From an uncultured virus (IMG/VR IMGVR_UViG_3300023081_000010) (lineage: Duplodnaviria; Heunggongvirae; Uroviricota; Caudoviricetes): DNA of 64,000 nt. Within the stretch, counting starts at the first letter, position 1. Every line of letters begins with the position of its first letter. This document shows positions 17,999 to 29,600 of the stretch, piece by piece. The DNA lies in IMG/VR virus record IMGVR_UViG_3300023081_000010; one strand, 5' to 3'. Below the pieces are notes generated by a model. It worked only from the letters and a program-made list of their open reading frames with translations. It was not told the origin of the DNA and made no database searches. The translations under genes and the position numbers were made by a program.

Positions 17999-20900
17999 AT
18001 GGCAGAGTTTAAGATAAGCAGAATTAGGTATACCTGGAGAAGCAACTGGGCTACCTCTACATCATATAACAAAGATGATGTTGTATTATACGCAGGTAGT
18101 TCTTGGATTTGTATTAGACAGCATACTTCAAGTAATTTCAATGCAGATTTTACATTTGTTCCACCAGGTGACACTGTATCACAACCAGCATGGAAAAAGC
18201 ACACCGACGGTGTTTATTATAGAGGAAGTTGGGCAACAGCTACCGATTACTTCCCAGGCGAAGTAGTATCCTATGGTGGTAACGTTTGGCTTGTCGGAAC
18301 TGCACATACTAGCGGAACTTATTTTGACGATAACCTTTCTGACTGGACAGTTATTGCTCAGGCAGTAGGGTGGAAAGGTGATTGGGCTACATCAACAAGA
18401 TACGGTGTTGGCGATCAAGTTAGATACAATGGTATTGTTTATAGATGTATTACAGGTCATACATCAGCTGCTACAACAGCAGAAGGTTTAGAATTAGATC
18501 AAGTAAAATGGGGTACTGCATACACAAATATTCACTATGCAGGCGAATGGGCTTCAGATACAAAATATAAAGCCAACGATATCGTAGAATACGGCGGCAC
18601 TTTAATGAGAGTGTTGATTGGACACGTCTCTGGATCGTCAATTACAGATTCAAACTTTACAGTTTATATCGCTGGACATAAACTTAAAGGAACATGGGAT
18701 TCAACAACTTACTATGCAATCGGTGATGTTGTACAGCACGGCGGATATGTTTATAGAGCGTCGGCAAATAGCTATGGTAGAACACCAGGTGACTCAATTT
18801 ATCAACCAGATGGTGGTACTTACTGGGCTATTATTGAAAAAGGATTTAATTTAAGAGGCCCTTGGGCAGCATCTGGTAATTATAAAACAGGTGATGTTGT
18901 GCAACGAGGCGGCAATCTTTATATTGCGTTACTTGATTCAACAGATGACGGTTCGAGTTTAGATTATTTAGATGCAGGTAACTGGGAAGTTGTTGTAGAA
19001 AGCCAGGCATGGAAAGGTTCTTGGGTACAAGGTACAGTTTATGCTGTAAATGATGTTATTATTTACAGAGGTACTGCATATTCATGTAACTATGAACACG
19101 AAGCTACAGCCGAAAATTTCCCTGGAGACAACGGGTCAGGATTTGTATATTGGGATGTATTACTCTTAGGTGATGATCAAATTGGTATGATCAACCCTGG
19201 AGACTTGTTAACTTATGGTTTAACAAGAACATTAGCCGGTGACCAAAGTACACTTGGTGCAGCAAACGTGCCAATTGGTAACCAAGACGAATTATTAACA
19301 GTACAATCAGAACAAACACTTGGATATGATAAATTTGGTTTATCGTCTAGATTTTTCTATGTAGATCCTTATAATGGTGTTGACGATAGAGACAATCCAA
19401 ATGCAGGTATTGATCCATTTAAACCTTTAAAAACTATTAGATATGCACTAGAACGTGCAAATGATGAATACACTGGAACTACTACAGTTAAATTAAGCAC
19501 TGGTGATTATACAGAAATTCTTCCACTTATTATTCCAGCAAAAACTTCATTGTTAGGTGACGAATTACGTTCAACTACTGTTAGACCAAATGAAGCTAAT
19601 ACTGCTTTATCAGGTGATACAGTATATAGATTTGCAGCATTAAATCATTTGAAGAACGTCGCCAGAACAATTATTCTAAACAATTCAGTTACAAGAACAG
19701 CAGGCAACGAAGAAGAACAAGTGTATGTTATCGACTCTGTATTTTCAGGAGAATACACAGCAGCAGTTGTTGGCGAAGGTGGAGAAATTATTCAGCCTGG
19801 ACAACCAATTTATGATGATGTTCCGATCTATGGCGATGATGCAACAGCAAATCAAATAGATAATAGAGTAACAGACTTTATTGATTACGTTAACTTCCAT
19901 ATTAATTCTGTAGGAACAGATGTAGACGTAACAGGAACTAATGATCTAAGTAGCGATAGTGCTAGAATTAATGGTGCTAGAGCAATTGGTGCAAATGCTA
20001 AGTTCTTGGCACACGAAGTTAACGCATACATGAAGGTAAATTATCCAGATTATACTGGATATCCAGAAGCACTTTATGTTGAAGACGTACAACGTTATGT
20101 AGATGCTTTTGTTTATGATTTAAGATATACAGGAAATTATAGAACTATTCTTGAATCAAGATACTATGCTAATCAAATTAATGGATCTCAAAGAGAAGAT
20201 ATGTTCTATTGCAGAGATGCAACAGGCGTTAGAAATTTAACAGTTAAAAATTTAACAGGTACACTAAATCCACCTAACGTATTTGATTTATATCAAAGAC
20301 CAACAGGGCCTGCATATTGTTCACTTGATCCAGGCTGGGGACCAGCTGATGAAAAATGTTGGATTGCAACACGCTCACCATATATTCAAAACGTAACAAC
20401 GTTTGGCGATAACTGTACAGGTCAAAAAATTGACGGTTCATTACACAACGGTGGTTACAAGTCAATGGTGTCCAACGACTTTACACAGGTTATCAGTGAC
20501 GGTATTGGTGCCCATGTTTTAAATAATGGTAGAGCAGAACTTGTTTCTGTGTTTACATATTACTCACAGGTTGGATATCTAGCAGAAACTGGTGGAACAA
20601 TTCGTGCAACAAACGGTAACAACTCTTATGGTTATATTGGTGCATTAGCTGATGGTAATGATCCTTCAGAAACACCACTTACTGCAACAGTTAACGGAAG
20701 AACAGAACACGCTAAAATTGCTTCAGCATTTGCAGGTGAAGTAAATGATGAAATTTTATTATTCGAATATACAAACTGTGGACAAAATTATACAACTGCT
20801 GAGTATACTGTAATTGGTTCTGGTACAAACGCTGAAGTCATTCAAGAAGAATTTAGAGATGATTCATTATTCGAAGCAAGAATTGTAACAGGCGCAAGTT

Positions 20901-23599
20901 CAGGAGCAGCTGGCGGTGGCGGTTATATTCAAGTTGGTAACCAAGCACAGTCTGGCGATGAAACATCAATAACTCTTGCAACTAACGATGATAATGAAGA
21001 AGCATATTTGTTAGGTTGTAGAATTATTATTACATCAGGTGACGGTACAGGACAGTACGGAAAAGTTGCTTCTTACAATACAACAACTAAAGTATTAAAT
21101 GTTGTAAAAGAATCAACAGGTGAACCAGGATGGGATCATGTAATTCCAGGTTATCCTATTAAAACTAGTTTAACCACTAGTGCTAGATACTTGATTGAAC
21201 CAAGACTTACATTTTCAGCACCAGAATTTTCACAGGAAAATATTACACTTGACGCTGGTACACAATGGTCTTCAATAGCATATAACGAAACTACATTTAC
21301 ATACACAAGTATTACAGGAACAGGTGATCAAAATGGTTCAACAATTGATGTTTTACCTGCAACTGCATCTTGGGATGTTAAGAGAAGCGGAAAATACTAT
21401 ACTGTAACCATTAGAGGAAGAGGCGCAGGTTATACAACAGGCGATACAATTACTATTCCTGGTACAGATCTAGGAGGTGTTTCACCTGATAACGATCTTG
21501 TAATTACTGTATTATCAACAAGTGACGATAGTATCAACGAAATTGTAACATTTGAATATGCAGGAACTGCTACAAGCGGAATATTCTGTGTAGTGTCGGC
21601 AATTGGTAATACCGCTAACATATCTAAAGACGGTACTACTTGGACAACAAATAATTTACCTTCAACAGGTAATTGGATTAGTATAACAGGCGGTCACGCA
21701 TTAAGCGGAAACTATGTACTTGCTACTGTAAAATATGGAAGTAATAATCTTGCATATACATTAGACGGAAATACATGGGGAATCAAAGCATTACCAGCAA
21801 GTGCTAATTGGGAATCAATCACTAGTGGCGGCGGAGTTTATGTTGCTGTAGCAAGTGATGGAAACAATGCTTGTTACAGTACAGACGGTATTAATTATAC
21901 CGCTGCAAACATTCCAGCATTTGGTGATTCTACAATTAACCAATGGAAATCAGTTGCTTATGGTAAAGGAAAATTTGTTGCAGTTGCTCAAAGTAATAAC
22001 TTTGCAGTTTCAGGTGCATATGATTCAGTAACAGATACATTTACATGGGAAACTCCTGTGATCATGGATGTTATTGCAGACAGTTCACAGAAAGACTGGA
22101 TTAAGATCGCATATGGTAACAATAGATTTGTTGCTATTTCAGAATTTGGTGATATTGCTTACAGCTTTGATGGAGATTTTTGGTATCCAGGCACAATGCC
22201 TACACCGGATGGATCAACTAGAATGACATGGCGTGATCTAAAATTTGGTGGCGGTATGTTTATAGCTACTATGGATACAGGCGGCGTTGATATTTCAGGA
22301 GATGATCCAACAGCAGGACCTGTAAATTATATCTATCAATCATATGATGGAATTAATTGGGAACTTAAATCTGTTGTTGACAACGGCTACTGGGGACCAG
22401 TTGCATTTGGTAATCCAGATGTTACAACAGACGATGGCGGCGATAACAGAAAAGGTCAATGGATATTAATTAGTAGAGATATCACATTTACACACAAACG
22501 TTTCTACACAGGTGCTAGAGCATTAGGTAGAGTTGTAGTTGGTGGTGGTAGAATTAGTGAAGTAAGATTGTGGGAGCCAGGTAGTGGTTATGCTGCACCT
22601 CCGACATTTACAATTGTTGATCCTAACAACACAGGTGATTTAGAATTAGATTTAAATAGAATGGGTGATAGAGTGTTAGCACAACCTAGCTGGATAAACA
22701 GAGGAAATGCTTACAAAACAAGTACCACCCAAGTTACTGTAACAGGTGATGGTTTTGCTGATATTGTTGCTGTTGGTAAATTCTTAACAATTAGTGACAT
22801 TAATACAGTTATTGGTCCAGGTGCCCAGTTAAGATTAAGTGGTAATCCTGAATTATACACAGTTGTGTTAATTGAAAAAGAAAGTGAAGAGTCCAACGGA
22901 ACGTTTACACTTAGACTTAGAGTCACACCTGAGTTAAAAATTGAGGACGATCCAAGTAACTTCCACGGTAACGCAGTAGAAATTAGATTAAGATATTCAA
23001 ACTGTAGAATTACAGGACACGATTTCTTAGATGTTGGAACTGGAAACTTCTTACAAAGTAACTATCCTGAATTATATTCAGGAAACTATGTAAGTTATCC
23101 AGAAAACGAAGTTATTGAACAGAACGGTGGTAGAGTGTTCTATACATCAACTGACCAATCAGGAAACTTTAGAGTTGGTGAGTTGTTTGCTGTTGAACAG
23201 GCCACTGGTATTGTTACAATTAGTGCAGACTTCTTCGATCTAAACGGACTGACAGAACTTGCACTAGGTGGTATTAGAGTTGGTGGTACTGGAACTGTTA
23301 TTAGAGAATTCTCGACAGACCCACTATTCACAGCAGACTCAAATAATATTGTTCCTACACAGAGAGCAATTAAAGCATACCTACAAAATAGATTGAACGT
23401 TGGTGGTGCTGACTTGCTTACAGCCAGCTTTATTGCTGGTACTGTTAAAGTAGGACCAGGAGAAATTGGAAACTCAGCAGGACTTAGAGTTACAATTCCT
23501 GTTAAAACAAAATTTGTTGGTGACGAAGCAGGTGTCCAAGGATCTATATTGGCACAAGCAATGTTCCACAGATCCTTCGATAAAAACAATTCGAGGTAA
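17999..23599 (+). CDS. Giant multidomain tail fibre/spike protein (1866 aa)
   Basis: N-terminal W..AT.Y..GD.V.Y.G..Y repeats (CBM5/12-like), pectin-lyase-like beta-helix region (SPYIQNVT, SNDFTQ), S.DG..W propeller-like repeats; paralogue of 23632. Confidence 0.8.
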   Translation: MAEFKISRIRYTWRSNWATSTSYNKDDVVLYAGSSWICIRQHTSSNFNADFTFVPPGDTVSQPAWKKHTDGVYYRGSWATATDYFPGEVVSYGGNVWLVGTAHTSGTYFDDNLSDWTVIAQAVGWKGDWATSTRYGVGDQVRYNGIVYRCITGHTSAATTAEGLELDQVKWGTAYTNIHYAGEWASDTKYKANDIVEYGGTLMRVLIGHVSGSSITDSNFTVYIAGHKLKGTWDSTTYYAIGDVVQHGGYVYRASANSYGRTPGDSIYQPDGGTYWAIIEKGFNLRGPWAASGNYKTGDVVQRGGNLYIALLDSTDDGSSLDYLDAGNWEVVVESQAWKGSWVQGTVYAVNDVIIYRGTAYSCNYEHEATAENFPGDNGSGFVYWDVLLLGDDQIGMINPGDLLTYGLTRTLAGDQSTLGAANVPIGNQDELLTVQSEQTLGYDKFGLSSRFFYVDPYNGVDDRDNPNAGIDPFKPLKTIRYALERANDEYTGTTTVKLSTGDYTEILPLIIPAKTSLLGDELRSTTVRPNEANTALSGDTVYRFAALNHLKNVARTIILNNSVTRTAGNEEEQVYVIDSVFSGEYTAAVVGEGGEIIQPGQPIYDDVPIYGDDATANQIDNRVTDFIDYVNFHINSVGTDVDVTGTNDLSSDSARINGARAIGANAKFLAHEVNAYMKVNYPDYTGYPEALYVEDVQRYVDAFVYDLRYTGNYRTILESRYYANQINGSQREDMFYCRDATGVRNLTVKNLTGTLNPPNVFDLYQRPTGPAYCSLDPGWGPADEKCWIATRSPYIQNVTTFGDNCTGQKIDGSLHNGGYKSMVSNDFTQVISDGIGAHVLNNGRAELVSVFTYYSQVGYLAETGGTIRATNGNNSYGYIGALADGNDPSETPLTATVNGRTEHAKIASAFAGEVNDEILLFEYTNCGQNYTTAEYTVIGSGTNAEVIQEEFRDDSLFEARIVTGASSGAAGGGGYIQVGNQAQSGDETSITLATNDDNEEAYLLGCRIIITSGDGTGQYGKVASYNTTTKVLNVVKESTGEPGWDHVIPGYPIKTSLTTSARYLIEPRLTFSAPEFSQENITLDAGTQWSSIAYNETTFTYTSITGTGDQNGSTIDVLPATASWDVKRSGKYYTVTIRGRGAGYTTGDTITIPGTDLGGVSPDNDLVITVLSTSDDSINEIVTFEYAGTATSGIFCVVSAIGNTANISKDGTTWTTNNLPSTGNWISITGGHALSGNYVLATVKYGSNNLAYTLDGNTWGIKALPASANWESITSGGGVYVAVASDGNNACYSTDGINYTAANIPAFGDSTINQWKSVAYGKGKFVAVAQSNNFAVSGAYDSVTDTFTWETPVIMDVIADSSQKDWIKIAYGNNRFVAISEFGDIAYSFDGDFWYPGTMPTPDGSTRMTWRDLKFGGGMFIATMDTGGVDISGDDPTAGPVNYIYQSYDGINWELKSVVDNGYWGPVAFGNPDVTTDDGGDNRKGQWILISRDITFTHKRFYTGARALGRVVVGGGRISEVRLWEPGSGYAAPPTFTIVDPNNTGDLELDLNRMGDRVLAQPSWINRGNAYKTSTTQVTVTGDGFADIVAVGKFLTISDINTVIGPGAQLRLSGNPELYTVVLIEKESEESNGTFTLRLRVTPELKIEDDPSNFHGNAVEIRLRYSNCRITGHDFLDVGTGNFLQSNYPELYSGNYVSYPENEVIEQNGGRVFYTSTDQSGNFRVGELFAVEQATGIVTISADFFDLNGLTELALGGIRVGGTGTVIREFSTDPLFTADSNNIVPTQRAIKAYLQNRLNVGGADLLTASFIAGTVKVGPGEIGNSAGLRVTIPVKTKFVGDEAGVQGSILAQAMFHRSFDKNNSR

Positions 23600-23605
23600 T
23601 TAAGG

Positions 23606-23611
23606 TAAATA
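23606..23611 (+). promoter_or_regulatory. Late promoter TAAATA
   Basis: In the 32-bp gap before RBS GGAG and ATG 23632. Confidence 0.55.
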
Positions 23612-23631
23612 AGTACAACGGAGTTAATTAA

Positions 23632-26600
23632 ATGGCAGAATTTAAACTTGGTAGAATTAGATTTGTATGGAAAGGGGACTGGGCAGGTTCCACGACATAC
23701 TATAAAGATGACGTTGTCCGATACGGCGGTAAAACATTTATATGTGCTGTAGGACATACTTCAGACCCAGATTTTTATGTAAATTTCAACGATGTTCCTA
23801 GTAAATGGAACACAATGACTGATGGTCAATCATGGAAAGGTGATTGGTCAACAGCAACTTATTATGTATTAAACGATGTTGTCAAATACGGTGGCAACTT
23901 ATACATCTGTAACACTGCCCACACTTCTGCCGCTACTACTTCCGATGGGTTAGAGTTAGATACTGCCAAGTGGGATGTATATGCTGAAGGATTTGATTGG
24001 AAAGGCGCTTGGGTCGCAGCGACTAGATATAAACTTAATGATTTAATTAAGTATGGTGGTGTAACATATGTTTGTAACACTGGACACACATCAGCTGCAA
24101 CAAATGCACTAGGTCTTGAAAATGATCAAGCCAAGTGGGATTATTTTAACCAAGGCATCGAGTACAAAGGCTCATGGGTAGCCGCAACAAGATATAAAAT
24201 TAACGATATTGTTAAGTATGGTGCAAATCTTTATATTTGTACAACATACCACACATCAGATGTTACATCGTTTACCAACGACACTGCTAACTGGGCTTCC
24301 TTTGTTGAAGGTTTTGAATTTTCCAACGATTGGAACAACAGTGCAAACTATAAAATTGGTGATGTTGTTAAGTACGGTGGTAACAGTTACGTTGCAAAAA
24401 CACACAACACTGCAAAAACTCCACCAGACAACGGTTCAGACTGGGGATTATTCAGCGAAGGATTTGATTTCCAAAGTGCTTGGGTCAACACAACAGACTA
24501 TAAAGTTGGTCAGGTTGTAAGAAACAACGGTTACAGCTATGTTGCAATTGCTGATTCACCAAGTAATGACTTTACAGTAACAGCATCTACTAACGGAACA
24601 AATCTTTTCACAACTGCTGACACAACTGGAATGACTGTTGGTCAGTCAGTACAATTTAGTGGAACAACATTTGGTAATGTTAATTCAGATGCACTTTACT
24701 TTGTTAAAACTGTAGACAGCGGTACACAATTTACAATTTCAACAGTACACGGTGGAACAGTATTTGAACCTGACACAGCTACAGGTTCGATGACAGCAAG
24801 AGTTGCTGCTCATCCTACAGAACCTAACTACTGGGGAAGACTAAACGAAGGATTTAGTTGGCAAGGTGACTGGACTGACGATACAGATTATGAAATTGGC
24901 GATGTTGTTAAATTTGGTGCAAACGCATATGTTTGTGTATCAAGACACAGATCAGAAGGCGATGACGGTTCAACAATTGGAGCCGAAGGTGGCGGAGCAG
25001 ATAACTCTCGTCCAGATCAAGACTTAACAGGTACTTATTGGAACCAGTTAATTACAGGTTCAGAAACAGATATTCTAACTACTAAAGGTGACCTTGTTTA
25101 CTATGGCGGTGCTGGTGTAACTAGATTACCAATCGGTGTAGAAGGTCAAGTACTTATGGCAGGTGCTGAGTATCCTCAATGGAGATCATTAGGTTCCTCA
25201 GATCACGTTTACTTTGTTGCACCACACGGTACAAACAATCCGTACCCAGTATTTGGTGGAACATTAGATAAACCTTGGAGCAGCATTAGATATGCTTGTC
25301 AACAAGTTGAACACGGACCAAGACTTCCTAATGCAACAAAACTTCTTGAATTAAACAGAACATTCATTCAGAAAGAAGTAACTGAATGGATTAATTATCA
25401 AATTGAATACAACACAGTTACAGTACCAGATGCTACAAGTATTTGGTATAACTTTACATATGACGACAACAAATGTTACAGAGACATTGGTTGGATTGTC
25501 GATGCTGTTATCTTTGACTTAAGACACGGCGGTAACGTTAAAGTTAGAGGTGCTGCTAATGCATATGTCGGCGGTCTTGAAGAAAGTGAAAACGCAGGTG
25601 TTAAAGAATACACAAGACTTTCTACAGAATCTGCAAACGATATTGCTGCAAACAACTATATGTTAACAGTTGTAAGCAATGTATTAGCACAAACAGATCC
25701 TACAGTTAACTATCAAACAACAAACGGTGACCTTTCAACTGCTGTTGTTGCACAATGGAAAGATAGTGATATTATTGCTGAATCAGGAGTTGATGCTGTT
25801 GTATCTAGTTTAGTTACAATCATTAACAACGCACTTGAAGATGGCGACACAACTAGAATTCCTGAGCGTGTACAGCCAAACAACATTATTAAAGTTAAAA
25901 CTGGACGTTATAGAGAAGTACTTCCGATCTTAGTACCAGAACATACTTGTGTAATCGGTGATGAAATTCGTGCAACTAATGCAGGTCCTGCTGTTGGCAC
26001 AACTCACCATACAGATACATATTACACTTTAAACACTTATCAGCATTTGAAAGGTGTTATTAAAGATGTAATCACAGGTGCTACTGTAACAGCTACAACA
26101 GGAAATACAGAAGTACAAGATATTGCAGTTCCTTTTGCAGACACAGTTGAATCTGCAGAAGTAGATAAATTAATTGAAACAATGATTCATAACATCGACT
26201 TCCGTGTTGGAGGTTTAGATCTTATGACACGTACTGATCCAACAGGATATAATTCATCATATCTAGTTGGTTATGGCGATGCTAGACATTTAATCGAAGA
26301 AAACAAAGCGTTCTTACAAGAAGAAATTACTCTTTGGATTGGTGTTAACTATCCTAATATCAAGTACAGCAAAACAAAATGTAAACAAGACATTGGTTAC
26401 ATTGTAGATGCTATTGCATATGATTTAACATATGGCGGTTATAAAGCAACTGTTGATGCTGCTACAGCATACTATGATGGTATTGCTGGCTCACTTGCTA
26501 TTGATAGTACAGAAAAAACAGCAACAATTGCTGCATACGGAGAGATGAAAACTCAACTTTCAGCAATTGCAGGCAATTCAGTATTAACTAAATTAGGAAA

Positions 26601-29600
26601 CACACTTCAGTATAGATCAGCTACAGCTGGTTCTGCTGCTGCTATTGCACATATTGAAGCAGCACTAGATGTTATCATTAATACAATCACTGATGTAAGT
26701 ACTAGACCTAATTTAACAATTGATAGTATTTCTTCAAATGTTATTACAACAAGTGGAGCACACGGTTTACAAGTTGGTGATAAAATTATTCCGAGAACAA
26801 GCGGTAATGGCTTAACTGCTGATACTACATTCTGGGTTAATAATACAGCAGCTTCTAATACATTTACTGTTTCACAAACATACGGCGGTTCAACACTGTC
26901 ATTATCAAACGGTACTGGTTTAGGACTTGTAGTTGATAAAATTGACTATCCTATTGCAACGAATGGTGTAACTAGTACAACCGCATTGATCACCGCTGCA
27001 GAGACCTTAGATGCGCAGCAAGAGGCCCTTGTAAGCGCAATGTCTAACTATCTAGCAGACAATTATCCAAACTTAACTTACAATGCAGACAAATGTAAGA
27101 GAGATATGAGATTGTTGTTAGAAGGTGCAATGTTTGACTTTATGTTTAACAGCAACTGGCAAACAATTAAAAATGCTTACGCATATCTAAGATCTACTGC
27201 TAGTGATGTTTATGATTTAGGACAGAAAGCAGCAACTAGAGCAGCATATCAATTTGTTGCAGAAACAGTTGCTGGCGATACTGCTACCTACTTAAACGGT
27301 GACACAACAGCAGCATCAAGATTTGCAACATTGTTTGATAATATTGATACAATTATTTACAGTGGAACAACTGAAGGTTCAAGATGTTCTACAGAATACA
27401 GAAACGCACATCATGCAAGAGAGCAACTAGAAAGAAACAGAGCATTTATTGTTGCTGAAGCTGAAGCTTATATTGCTAACACATGGAACGACACTGCAAC
27501 AGCAACAGATGCTGGTACAGATGCAATTACAATTAGTGATACTAGCTGGTTACAACGCGGCTTAGCAATTAAATTTAATGGAACTGTTTTAAGTCCACCA
27601 GTAACAACAGGCGGAGACGGAATTGTTGCAGGCAATACTTATTATGTACATTCAATTTTAAGTAGCACAACATTTACAGTTGCAAAAATGCGTAATGTAG
27701 CAGACGCAATGTCATTAGATACAGACACAGGTTCGATGGGAGTTGAACTTGCATACGATAAAACATTCTGCTTACGTGATGTGGGTGAAGTTATCAATGC
27801 TCTAAAATATGACATTGACTACAAAGGAAATTACAAAACACTATTAGCAGCAAGATGGTATGGTAACTCAGTAAAAGGTTCCTTAGAAGAAGATATGTAC
27901 TATCTAAGAAACGGAACAGGTATTAGAAACCAAACACTTGATGGACTAAGTGGTGATTTAACTCCTCCAAACTCATATGGAACTTCAAGAGTTACAGCAG
28001 GAGCATATTGTTCACTTGATCCAGGTTGGGGTCCAGAAGATTACAGAGTATGGATCACTTCACGTTCACCATATGTACAAGGTGTTACAACATTTGGTTA
28101 TGCTGCAATTGGTCAGAAAATTGACGGTGCATTACACGCAGGTGGTAACGATTCGATTGTTAGTAACGACTTTACACAGGTTATATCAGACGGTATCGGT
28201 GCTTGGGTAGCAAACAATGGTAGAGCAGAACTTGTTTCTGTGTTTACTTACTACTCACACATTGGTTACTTGTCAACAGACGGTGGTAGAATTAGAGGTA
28301 CAAACGGTAACAACTCATACGGTGACTTTGGTTCAGTAGCAGAAGGATTTGATTCAACTGAAACTCCAAACACTGCGATTGTTGATAATAAGTTCCAGTT
28401 CGAAGCTATTATCTCCGAAGTAAACACCGACGGTGCTCAACAAGTTTACAACTTTGAATATGAAAACGCAGGTCAAGAATACACTGAAGTTGATACATTA
28501 ATTTCAGGCGCAGGTACTGGTGCATCATCATACAATGATGAATTTAGAAACGGTGCTGTACATCAAGTATTCTTAAAAGATCTAGTTGACGATAGTACTG
28601 ATGCTCCAGAAGCAGCAGGAAACTTCGGTGGCTTTGGTTATGTTTCAAACGCTAACACTGCACAAGGTGGTACTTCAACAAGTATTACACTTGCAGCTAC
28701 TGATGCTGAAACAAGTTCAGCATATGTAGGCATGGTAGTTTATGTAACCGGTGGTACAGGTGTTGGACAATACGGTGTTATTGCAACATACAACGCAGGT
28801 ACTAAGATTGCTACAGTTACAAAAGAATCAACAGGTGGGTCAGGATGGGATCACGTAGTTGCAGGAACTACTATTGCTTCACCTGATGCTTCATCAACAT
28901 ATGTTGTTCAACCAAGAGTTCAATTTACAAGCCCAGGCTTTGGAAGTTCACTACAAACACTTCCAACTACAGGTACTTGGAAAGATTCAGCATTTGGTGA
29001 AACAACAGGAGTTTATGTTGTAAGTCCATCAGGCGGATCAGGAAGTGGTTTAAGTATTACTGTAACCAAGAATGGTTGGAAATATAAAACTACACTAGTA
29101 AGTGGCGGTGCAAATTATGCAAGACTTGAAAACGTTACGGTACTAGGTTCTGCACTTGGTGGTACTGACGGAACACACGATTTAACAATAACAATTACAT
29201 CAGTAGATAGTAATGGTGCAGTATTAGTATATGACGAAGAGGGTTACGGACAACCAGGTGTATTTGTAGCAGTTAAAACCGCTGCAAATGCAGGTGCTTA
29301 CTCAATGGACGGCACTAACTGGGTAGCAAACACAATGCCTTCAACATCTAACTGGACTGCTGTTGCACACGGCTTAATTGAAGACGGATCAACACTTGCA
29401 AAACAAGGAAGATTTGTTGCAGTTGCAGACAGTGGAACAAGTGCTGCATACTCAGATAACGGTGTTACTTGGGTAGCTTCAGCATTACCAGCAAGTGCTG
29501 ATTGGTGCGGAGTTACTTATGACAACGGACGCTTTATTGCTATTGCAAGTAACAGCACAACAGTTGCTATTTCACTAGATGGTATAGTTTGGGACGTTAC